Source: Candidatus Multivorans sp.
GTDB lineage: Bacteria > Acidobacteriota > Thermoanaerobaculia > Multivoradales > Multivoraceae
DNA length: 64,000 bases
Assembly (NCBI GenBank): GCA_965224025.1
Contig: OZ245033.1
Location: 3,520,001 to 3,584,000 of the forward strand
Reading direction: 5' to 3'
The translations under genes were made by a program, and so were the position numbers. This document shows, in pieces, positions 9,070 through 17,290 of this stretch. The notes under the pieces are model-generated. The model worked only from the letters and a program-made list of their open reading frames with translations. It was not told where the DNA came from and made no database searches. The first letter of the stretch is position 1, and each line of letters opens with the position of its first letter.

Positions 9070-11469
9070 ATGCGCTCAACTCCCGCCGTCCCGTTGGCCC
9101 TCTGCGTCCTGCTGGCGCTCATTGCTTGCCCTGCAGTCGCGCAGGATCAAGATCCGGAAGAGCCGGATTCGACCCTTACCGAAGAGATCACCGTCACCGC
9201 CCAACGCGTCGAGGAGGCCATCCAGGACGTGCCGATCTCGATCGTCACCCGTTCGGGCGAAGAACTCGAGCAACAGGCCGTAGCCGACGTACAGGCCTTG
9301 GCCGAGGCCTCGCCCGGCGTCGTCATTTCAGGCCAGAGCCCGACCACCGGCGAAGTCGCCATCTACATCCGCGGCATCGGCTCGAGCACGCTCGGCATCG
9401 GCACCGAGCCGACGGTCGGCTACTACGTGGACGGGGTCTACATGCCGCGTCCGCAGGCGGCGGTGAACCCGTTCCTCGACCTGGAGCGCATCGAGATCCT
9501 GCGTGGCCCCCAGGGCACGCTTTGGGGACGGAACTCCACCGCCGGCGCCGTGAACGTGATCACCCGGGCGCCGGAGAGCGAGTTCCATGGCCGCCTCTTC
9601 ACTTCCCTCTCGGAGTTCGACTCGAGCGAGCCGGCCGAGGGGCGCCGCTACGGTCTGACCCTCACGGGTCCGGTGTCGAGCAAGGTCTGGGCCCGTTTCA
9701 CCGGCGCCACGGCCCAGGTCGAGGACCCCACCTACAACGACTTCCTGAACGCCGGCGCCGACAACTTCGACGGCGTTACGCTCCGGGGCTCGCTCACTTT
9801 CCTGCCCTCCGATTCGCTGACCTTCACCATCCGGGCCGACAGCACGGACGACGACGCCCACGCGAACTTCCCCTTCAAGCCGTTCGACGTGTCCCCATAC
9901 AGCACGGTGGGAACCCTGAACCGCTTCTACGGCTACTCCGATCCGGACGACATCCACCGCATCTCGACCGACACCACGCCGCTCTCGCCCTACCAGGAGT
10001 CGGGCTTCTCGCTGACCGTGAACAAGGTGATGGAAGGAGGCACGAGCTTCACCTCGATCAGCAGTTCGCGCGAGTTCGATTCGATGCGCGACACGGACAT
10101 CGACGGTTCGCCCAATGCCCTCATCACGAACTCCGGCACCTTCGAGTCCCAGTGGTGGTCGCAGGAGTTCCAACTCCACGGCGGCAACGAGCGCGCCAAC
10201 TGGGTGACCGGAGTCTACGCCTTCAACGAGGAGAGCGGGACGCAGGTCAACAACGTCACCGATCTCGCACTACTCAGCGTCTGGCTGTTCGCCAACAGTC
10301 CCCAGACCTTCCTGTTCGACCCGACGACCTTCTGTTCACTCGGCTTCCTGGCGCCGCCGTTCCTGTGCGGGCCGCAGTACTACAACGCCGTCGCGCCGTT
10401 CATCGGTCTGCCGGTGCCGGGAGTCGCGACGCCGCTGCCGTTCGAGACGAGCCTCGACGCTTCGCTCTACGCCGCGTACGGCCAGGTCGACTGGACGCTG
10501 AGTGACCGAGTGACCCTGACCACCGGCCTCCGCTACACGGCCGACGAGAAGGACCACGACCAGGCCGCACTCAACTTCCAGACCTTCACGCCGGAGCTGC
10601 AGGCCCAGAGCGACAGTTGGAGCGCGCTGACCCCCAAGCTGGGCCTCGAGATTCGACCGAGCGACAATGTGATGCTCTACGGCGCGGTGACCGCCGGTTA
10701 CAAGAGCGGCGGCTACAACTCGCTCTCCCTGCAGCCGGCCTTCGACGAAGAGACCGTGACCAGCTACGAAATCGGCATCAAGTCGTCCCTCGCCGACCGC
10801 AAGGTGCGAATCAACGCGTCCGCCTTCCACTACGACTACGACGATCTGCAGGTGGCGGTGCTCTATCCGGATCGTTCCGTGGTCGAGAACGCGGCCAACG
10901 CCCGCATCCGCGGCCTGGACTTCGAGCTCTCGGCGCGGCCGAACCGCCAGTTCGCGTTCGATCTGTCGGTCGAACTTCTCGACGACGAGTTCGTGGAGTT
11001 CACGTCGCTCGATCCCGTGCTGCAGGCGCAGTTCGTTGAGCAACTGCTTGCCGCCGGACTGATCGATCCTGCCCAGGTGCTTCAGGGCGGCGGCGGCGCT
11101 CTCCCAATTCCGCCCACCGACCTGTCCGGCAACGGACTGCCCCGGGCGCCCGATCTCTCCGCCACGGCGGCGCTGAGCTACACGTTCGACCTCGGCGGCA
11201 GCGGTTCCGTCACCGCGCGCGGCGAGTACCAGTACACGGAAGACGTCGCCTTCGATGCCTTCGAGCGCTTCGTCCAGCCCCCCTACAGCCTGCTCCACGC
11301 CCAATTGCGCTGGACCTCGGCACAGGGACGCCTGTTCCTGGCCGCCTACGGCCGCAACCTCGGCGACGAGGAATACAGGCTCAGTCAGTTCTTCGTGAAC
11401 TACACCGGATCGTTGGCGGTCTGGGCGCCGCCGGCCGAGGTCGGCCTCCAGTTCGGCATCGACTTCTAG
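9070..11469 (+). CDS. TonB-dependent receptor
   Basis: Signal peptide, EEITVTAQR TonB box, plug motif ERIEILRGPQGTLWGRN, C-terminal Phe (GIDF). Confidence 0.95.
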   Translation: MRSTPAVPLALCVLLALIACPAVAQDQDPEEPDSTLTEEITVTAQRVEEAIQDVPISIVTRSGEELEQQAVADVQALAEASPGVVISGQSPTTGEVAIYIRGIGSSTLGIGTEPTVGYYVDGVYMPRPQAAVNPFLDLERIEILRGPQGTLWGRNSTAGAVNVITRAPESEFHGRLFTSLSEFDSSEPAEGRRYGLTLTGPVSSKVWARFTGATAQVEDPTYNDFLNAGADNFDGVTLRGSLTFLPSDSLTFTIRADSTDDDAHANFPFKPFDVSPYSTVGTLNRFYGYSDPDDIHRISTDTTPLSPYQESGFSLTVNKVMEGGTSFTSISSSREFDSMRDTDIDGSPNALITNSGTFESQWWSQEFQLHGGNERANWVTGVYAFNEESGTQVNNVTDLALLSVWLFANSPQTFLFDPTTFCSLGFLAPPFLCGPQYYNAVAPFIGLPVPGVATPLPFETSLDASLYAAYGQVDWTLSDRVTLTTGLRYTADEKDHDQAALNFQTFTPELQAQSDSWSALTPKLGLEIRPSDNVMLYGAVTAGYKSGGYNSLSLQPAFDEETVTSYEIGIKSSLADRKVRINASAFHYDYDDLQVAVLYPDRSVVENAANARIRGLDFELSARPNRQFAFDLSVELLDDEFVEFTSLDPVLQAQFVEQLLAAGLIDPAQVLQGGGGALPIPPTDLSGNGLPRAPDLSATAALSYTFDLGGSGSVTARGEYQYTEDVAFDAFERFVQPPYSLLHAQLRWTSAQGRLFLAAYGRNLGDEEYRLSQFFVNYTGSLAVWAPPAEVGLQFGIDF

Positions 11470-11560
11470 GAGTCCGCGCTGCGGCAGCGCGGACGCGCAT
11501 GGAACGGGGCCGTGCATGTCGGCTGGTTGCCCGGCGCTCTCTAGGCGGGGCACCGACTTG

Positions 11561-11594
11561 TCTCTGGGTGCGCGGGCCTTCTGGCCCGCATCCG
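11561..11594 (-). repeat. REP-like palindrome, copy 1
   Basis: Exact reverse complement of 34408-34441 (34 bp). GCGGGCC/GGCCCGC hairpin. CCGACTTG direct repeats at 11553-11560 and 11608-11615. Confidence 0.8.
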
Positions 11595-11686
11595 CCGCAG
11601 GCGGAATCCGACTTGGCAGCGCCCAGTTTCATGCAGGCTAGCGTGCAGGGAAGTGGCGGCCACGGGGTGCGCCGCGATCCTCGCGA

Positions 11687-13036
11687 TCAGGTGTAGCGCG
11701 CGCCGCGGTACTGCTCGTCGTAGAACCGCGGCAGGAGCTGGTCGACGCGCAGAAGGCCGCCTTCACTGAGCTCGATCCGCTCCGGCCCGACCGTGGCCAG
11801 ACCCTGTTCGGTCAGACTGCCGAAGGCGTCCGCGTAATCGACGGCGACGTCGACGCCGAACTTCCGCCCGAAAGCGCCCCGCTCCAGCCAGCCCCGCTTC
11901 AACTGGAGGATGAGCTCGCGGGTCAGACGCTCGCGGGGTGTGGTCGCGAGAGCTCTGCGAGTGGCCAGACCGCCGCCCTCGATCGCGGCCAGGTAGTCGT
12001 CCCAGCGGTCATGGTTTTGCAGATGGACGCCGCCCATGTGGCCGAACGATGAGACGCCGATCGGGATCATGTCGGCGCCGCTCCAGACCTCGCGGGCATA
12101 GACGAACTTGCAGCCCCGATCCCGCCGCATCATGGTGTAGGCGCTCCAGCGCTCGAAGCCGGCCCGCTCGAACTGTTCGAAGGCGTAGGCGTGCCACTCC
12201 CGCTTGGTGCGCCAGTCGGCGAACGTGGGCACGTCGGCCTCTTCCCGAAGCCGCGCCTTGGAGTACACCGTGTTGAAGGGAAGCTCCATCTGGTAGAGGG
12301 TGATCGAGTCCGGGTCGTAGTCGATCGTGAGTTCCACCGTCCGCTTCCAGCTCTCCCAGGTCTCTCCGACCATGCCGGCGATCAGGTCGACGTTCAACTG
12401 CCGAAAGTTCTGCGCGCGGATCCAGTCGCGCACCCGGTAGATCTCCTTCGACACGTGGGCCCGGCCGTTTTCCTCCAGGATCCCGTCGTCGAAATTCTCA
12501 ACGCCGAGGCTCAGCCGCGTGACGCCGATGCTTCGGATCGCCTCCAGCTTGGACTGCGTCAGCGTCCCGGGCTCGCACTCGAACGCCACCTCCTCGGCGC
12601 TGTCCCAGGGCGCCAAGCCCTGCAGCCGCTCCGCTAGCGGAATCAACTGCTTGGCGGCGATGTAGGACGGCGTGCCGCCGCCGAAGTAGACGAAGTCGAG
12701 CTTCCGGCCCCGGATTGACGGACGGTCCGCGTAGCGTTCCAGCTCCAGGCCCAGCGCGTCGAGGTAGCGCCCGATCTGCTCGTGGTTCTTGTCGATGTAG
12801 ACCCGGAAGTAGCAGAACTTGCAGCGCTTGCGGCAGAACGGGATGTGGATGTAGAGGCCCAGGGAGGCGCCGGGTACGGGCTCGCGGTCGAGCGCCGCGA
12901 CCGCCTCCCCCACCGAGGCCTCGTTCCAGGCCGAGTACGGTGGGTAGTTCGACACGAAGACCGAGCCGATGTCGGTTGCTTCGAGATCGAGCAGGCCGGT
13001 TGCCGGCTCCGCCATCGTGGCGGCGCGTTCACTCAT
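11687..13036 (-). CDS. HemN-like radical SAM enzyme
   Basis: YIHIPFCRKRCKFCYF (CxxxCxxC), YFGGGTPS, RLSLGVENF, NVDLIAG, and a HemN-type C-terminal domain. Confidence 0.9.
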   Translation of the reverse strand: MSERAATMAEPATGLLDLEATDIGSVFVSNYPPYSAWNEASVGEAVAALDREPVPGASLGLYIHIPFCRKRCKFCYFRVYIDKNHEQIGRYLDALGLELERYADRPSIRGRKLDFVYFGGGTPSYIAAKQLIPLAERLQGLAPWDSAEEVAFECEPGTLTQSKLEAIRSIGVTRLSLGVENFDDGILEENGRAHVSKEIYRVRDWIRAQNFRQLNVDLIAGMVGETWESWKRTVELTIDYDPDSITLYQMELPFNTVYSKARLREEADVPTFADWRTKREWHAYAFEQFERAGFERWSAYTMMRRDRGCKFVYAREVWSGADMIPIGVSSFGHMGGVHLQNHDRWDDYLAAIEGGGLATRRALATTPRERLTRELILQLKRGWLERGAFGRKFGVDVAVDYADAFGSLTEQGLATVGPERIELSEGGLLRVDQLLPRFYDEQYRGARYT

Positions 13037-13076
13037 TCTTGCAACCCGACGTATCTCCGCCACCCGGAAGGGCCGT

Positions 13077-14306
13077 TCATCCGAAGCAGTACAGGATGCC
13101 GTCAAGGCTGCCGATGACGAGCCGTTCCGAGGCCACCGCCGGCGAGGCGACGATGGCCGAACCGGTGTCGTACTCCCAGACCGGCGCCCCGGTCGCCTTG
13201 TCCAGGGCATGCACCAGGCCCCGCTTCGAGCCCAGGAACACACGGTCGCCCACGATCACCGGTGACGAGTCGAGCCGCGCGCCGCTGTTCCACTGCCACT
13301 TCCGCTCGCCGGTCGCGGGGTCCAGAGCATGCACGATCTTGTCCCGGCCGCCGATGACCACGATCTCGCCGTCGGCGGCGGCCGATCCGTAGTACGGGAA
13401 CTTGCGGACCTCGTGTTCGTAGCCCCAGACGACCCGCCGGCGTTCCAGGTCGACCCCCAGGACTTCGTTCTCGAACGTCCCGACATAGGCAAGCCCATCG
13501 ACCACCGCCGGGCTCGAGGCGGCCTGCCCCCGGAGGTCGATCTTGTGGACCGTTTCGCCGGTCTCGATGTCGATCAGCCACATGAAGCCGTCGCAGCCCG
13601 ACACCGTTGTAAGCCCATCGGCCACTGCCGGCGTGCCATGGACGTAGCCTTCCGTTTCCACCTGCCACAGCTTCTCGCCGCTGTTCCGGTCCAGGCAGTA
13701 GAGCGAGTTGTCGTAGGAGCCGACGAGCAGCCGGTCGCCGTGCAGGGACACGCCGGCGTAGATCTCCCCCAGCGTCTCGAACTGCCACTTCTCTTTGCCG
13801 TTCGCGGCGTCCAGCGCGTGAATGAGGCCGTACTCGTCGCCGATGTAGACGATGCCGTCGAAGACCGACAGGGGCGCCTTGATCGGCGTTTCCGCGTCGA
13901 AGCGCCAGAGTTCCTTCCCGTCGGCCAGGGTCACGGCGTAGACCCGGCCCTCGTAGTCACCGAAGAAGACGACACCCTCCACGATCGCGGCAGTACTCTC
14001 GATCTCGCTCTCGGTGTCGAAGGTCCAGAGCAGCTTCGGCTCCTCCGGCAGCGTCGTTCCCGCCACGCCCGTGCCCAGCAGGTTGCCGCGGAACACGGGC
14101 CAGGCATCCGCGGCAGGTTTGAGCAGGGCGTTCTTCGTCGCCGGATCCGGGTCCCCGCCGTCCCCTGCCGTTGCCGCAGTTCCGACGGCAACCAGCCCGC
14201 TGAGCAACAACATCGCGGCCGGAATCGCGTTTCCGCCCAGACGCGAAGGCGCCCGCACCACTGGGGCGTGGCGCCGGCGGCCTCGAAGGTGGACGATCTC
14301 TAACAT
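13077..14306 (-). CDS. PQQ-like beta-propeller repeat protein (BamB-like), exported
   Basis: WPVFRG followed by repeated AxDxxxGxxxW blades and a hydrophobic signal segment. Start uncertain (14306 or 14213). Confidence 0.85.
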   Translation of the reverse strand: MLEIVHLRGRRRHAPVVRAPSRLGGNAIPAAMLLLSGLVAVGTAATAGDGGDPDPATKNALLKPAADAWPVFRGNLLGTGVAGTTLPEEPKLLWTFDTESEIESTAAIVEGVVFFGDYEGRVYAVTLADGKELWRFDAETPIKAPLSVFDGIVYIGDEYGLIHALDAANGKEKWQFETLGEIYAGVSLHGDRLLVGSYDNSLYCLDRNSGEKLWQVETEGYVHGTPAVADGLTTVSGCDGFMWLIDIETGETVHKIDLRGQAASSPAVVDGLAYVGTFENEVLGVDLERRRVVWGYEHEVRKFPYYGSAAADGEIVVIGGRDKIVHALDPATGERKWQWNSGARLDSSPVIVGDRVFLGSKRGLVHALDKATGAPVWEYDTGSAIVASPAVASERLVIGSLDGILYCFG

Positions 14307-14359
14307 GGCGGATACGAGGGCAGCGGCCTGCGGTTGGGAGCGATGCGGCGCCGCACGCC

Positions 14360-15607
14360 TCAGAATGCCGCCTGGTAGAGGTTCAGCATATCGGAGGCGG
14401 TGACGGCCCGCGGATTGAACTGCGCCGTCCACTGCTTTGAAGCCTGGGAAGCCAGCACATCGAGATCCGCCTCCCGGACACCCAGATCCCTCAACCGGCC
14501 GGCAACGCCCGCGCGCCGGCGAAGGCCTGTCCAGGAATCGGCAAGCCGCGTGCTCACGGGTCCGTTGCCGGCCTCGGGCCCGTCGAGCAGCCGAACGAGC
14601 CCCAGGTAGCTCGTGTCGCCGGTCTCGCCGTTGTAGCGGACGACGTGATCCAACATGACGGCCACGGCCACGCCATGGGTGATGTCGTAGCGCGCGGTCA
14701 GTGGATTCGCCAACCCGTGGGCCGCGCCCAGCATCGATGCCTCGATCGCCGCGCCGGCAAGGTGAGCCCCGAGCATCATGTCGCCCCACAAGCCGTCGAT
14801 CCTGGCGTCCAACTTCGAGTTCGGCGTCGTCAACCTCGAATCCGGCGTCGCCGGAAGGCCGCCGGGCTGGGCCTCGGCGACGACCTTGAATCCGCGCAGC
14901 AGACGCCGGAAGCCCTCGGAGGAGTACATCCGGGAGTAGGGGTTGGCCGCGGTCGCAACGAAGCTCTCCATGGCGTGGGAGAACGCGTCCAGGCCCGAAG
15001 CCGCCATGACCTGGGGCGGCGCGGTGCGTGCGAGTTCCGGATCGAGCAACGTGGCCCGGAACCGTGCCTTCGGGTCGCCACAGGCCATCTTGCGGTGGTC
15101 GTCCTCGCGAGAGATGACGGCAAAGGACTGTGCCTCGCTGCCGGTCCCGGCCGTGCATGGCACGCCGATCGACGGGAGCATCGGCCTGGTGGCCTTTCCG
15201 AAGCCCCAGTAGTCCTCCATCCGGCCGCCGTTCGTCAGGACGAAATTCGCGCCCTTGGCGCAGTCCATCGCCGAACCGCCCCCCAGACCGACCAGGAACG
15301 TGGCCTGGTGGGCCCGCGCCGCAGCGGCCGCGGCGGCTACGTGGCGCTCGCCTGGATTCTCTTCGACATCGTGGAAGACGGCGACCTCCAGGCCGGCGCT
15401 CCGCAACGACGCGGATGCACGGTGGACATGTCCGGCCGCAGCTACCCCCGCGTCCGTGACCACCAGTACGCGCCCGCCGCCCAGTTCGTGGACGAGGTCG
15501 CCGAGGAGGGCAACGACGCCCGCGCCGAAGAGAACCCGACCGGGCGCCGTGTCGACACCCCAGGAATCCTCCGTATCGAGCGGTCGCTGACCTCGCTTGA
15601 TGACCAC
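14360..15607 (-). CDS. Iron-containing alcohol dehydrogenase
   Basis: GGGSAMDCAK, PCTAGTGSE, DAFSH and H...HG metal ligands. Confidence 0.92.
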   Translation of the reverse strand: MVIKRGQRPLDTEDSWGVDTAPGRVLFGAGVVALLGDLVHELGGGRVLVVTDAGVAAAGHVHRASASLRSAGLEVAVFHDVEENPGERHVAAAAAAARAHQATFLVGLGGGSAMDCAKGANFVLTNGGRMEDYWGFGKATRPMLPSIGVPCTAGTGSEAQSFAVISREDDHRKMACGDPKARFRATLLDPELARTAPPQVMAASGLDAFSHAMESFVATAANPYSRMYSSEGFRRLLRGFKVVAEAQPGGLPATPDSRLTTPNSKLDARIDGLWGDMMLGAHLAGAAIEASMLGAAHGLANPLTARYDITHGVAVAVMLDHVVRYNGETGDTSYLGLVRLLDGPEAGNGPVSTRLADSWTGLRRRAGVAGRLRDLGVREADLDVLASQASKQWTAQFNPRAVTASDMLNLYQAAF

Positions 15608-15736
15608 GACTGCTTCGGCGCGTCCCCCCTAGCCCCAGAATTCCTCGGCTACGCCTCGGCATTCTGGCCCAACCCGTCCTCGACCGGACTCTGCACGTAC
15701 GAGTCTCACTGCGTTTCCGTTTCGCCGCGCAGAGTC

Positions 15737-17176
15737 TCAGTCGGATCCGATCGCGAACACGTCGGAGCGCGTGGCGACATAGATCCGGCCGTCCTCGGCA
15801 ACCGGCGTCGTGTAGACCGCCGAGCCCATGTTCTGCTCGGCGACCACCTTCTCCTCGCGACCCGTCTCGAGCACGACGATGTCCCCATCCTCGTCCCCGA
15901 GGTACACCTTGCCGTCCGCCACGAAGGGCGAACCCCACACCGCGGCGAACGTGTCGTGAGTCCAGAGGTGTTCGCCGGTGGCCACATCCAACACGTAGAG
16001 GAAGCCGCTCAGGTCGGTGATGTAGAGGAGACCCTCAGCGATGGCCGCGGTGGAGATCGTGCGGTTGAACTCCTCGCCGCCGAAGTGCCAGAAGGCCGCG
16101 CTGTCGGTCACGTCGCCTTCGACGTTCGCGTCCAGGGCGTACAAGTGTCCCTGTCCTTCACCGTGCTCGGGGTCCTGACCGACGCCCAGGTAGAATCGGT
16201 TGTTGTAGAAGACGGGCGTCGAGATGATGTTGTTACGGGTGCCTCCACCCCCCAGTTCCCAGACCGAGTCCTTGGGGTTCAGGTCGAACTTCCACAACAG
16301 CTTGCCGGTCGCGGGCTCGTAGGTGTAGAGCCAGCCGTCGCCGCCCGGGAAGGCGATCTGCGGCTGGCCGTCGACGACGCCGTACGCCGGGTTGGACCAC
16401 GAGCCGTGCAGGACGGCGTCGCTGCTGTCGATGCTCTCCCAGACCAGTTCGCCGGTGTTCTTGTTCAGCGCGATGAAGGTCGGCGACGCCGGCGAGGGGA
16501 GGTTGATGTGCCCCTCGTCGACCCCGGCGCCGGTGACCGTGAACAGCAGGTCGCCGATGACCAGGGGCGAACCGGCCGCCAGGTTGTGCGGGAACACGTC
16601 GAGTTCGGCGATCATGTCGTACTCCCACACGATGTCGGCGTCGAGTTCCTCACGGTACTGCTCGTCGGTCATGCCGTCGTTCTTGCCGTCGCGGAAGCCG
16701 TCCACGTCCACGGCCACGACCGTGGCGCGGTTCGACACGTAGTAGACGCGTTCGTCCTCGACGAACGGCGTGGAACACACACCCTGCAGCGGCCAGTCGT
16801 TGACCCGGCCGGCCCCCAGCTTGTCGTGGGTCGCCTGCCACAGGAGTCCGCCCGTCGCCTTGTCGAGGGCGATGACGACTCCCTTGTCGCCCTCGATGCC
16901 GCCGCGCCGAAGACCCTCGTTGTTCGTTCCGACGAACACTCGTCCGTCACGAACCACCGGGCCGGCGTACGTCTGGGAGCCGACCTTGGCCCGCCACAGG
17001 ATGTTGTCACCGCTGCGAACGTTCCATTCGGTCGGCAGGCCCGTCGCGTCGGAGACCATGTTCCGCGAAGGCGTGTTGCCGAACATCGCCGGCGGCTCGG
17101 GATCCGCAGCCGCGATCGGTGTCGATACCGCCCCGGCGAGAACGAGCGCCAGAAAAAGAGAGAGTCGAGACTTCAT
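15737..17176 (-). CDS. PQQ-like beta-propeller protein, secreted
   Basis: Signal peptide, Trp-docking blades, NDWPLQGVCSTP motif. Confidence 0.88.
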   Translation of the reverse strand: MKSRLSLFLALVLAGAVSTPIAAADPEPPAMFGNTPSRNMVSDATGLPTEWNVRSGDNILWRAKVGSQTYAGPVVRDGRVFVGTNNEGLRRGGIEGDKGVVIALDKATGGLLWQATHDKLGAGRVNDWPLQGVCSTPFVEDERVYYVSNRATVVAVDVDGFRDGKNDGMTDEQYREELDADIVWEYDMIAELDVFPHNLAAGSPLVIGDLLFTVTGAGVDEGHINLPSPASPTFIALNKNTGELVWESIDSSDAVLHGSWSNPAYGVVDGQPQIAFPGGDGWLYTYEPATGKLLWKFDLNPKDSVWELGGGGTRNNIISTPVFYNNRFYLGVGQDPEHGEGQGHLYALDANVEGDVTDSAAFWHFGGEEFNRTISTAAIAEGLLYITDLSGFLYVLDVATGEHLWTHDTFAAVWGSPFVADGKVYLGDEDGDIVVLETGREEKVVAEQNMGSAVYTTPVAEDGRIYVATRSDVFAIGSD

Positions 17177-17290
17177 GGTGATCCAGTCCGTAGGTCGAAT
17201 GAGCGTGTGGGCTGCCGCTGGCGAGGACCAGGAGAATCCGGCCGCGACGACCGGTCACCGCGCCCGCGCCGCCGAAGGGCGGCAACGGTA

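Noticed and set aside
15625-15736. Short inverted repeats (CCAGAAT/ATTCTGG and GACTCTGC/GCAGAGTC) between a propeller gene and the Fe-ADH
   Set aside because: Short stems, no U-tract and no recognisable riboswitch core. Not supportable as an RNA element.
14307-15938. N-terminal extension of the 953-aa ORF, suggesting a propeller fusion
   Set aside because: Arg/Gly-rich alternative frame over the Fe-ADH gene.
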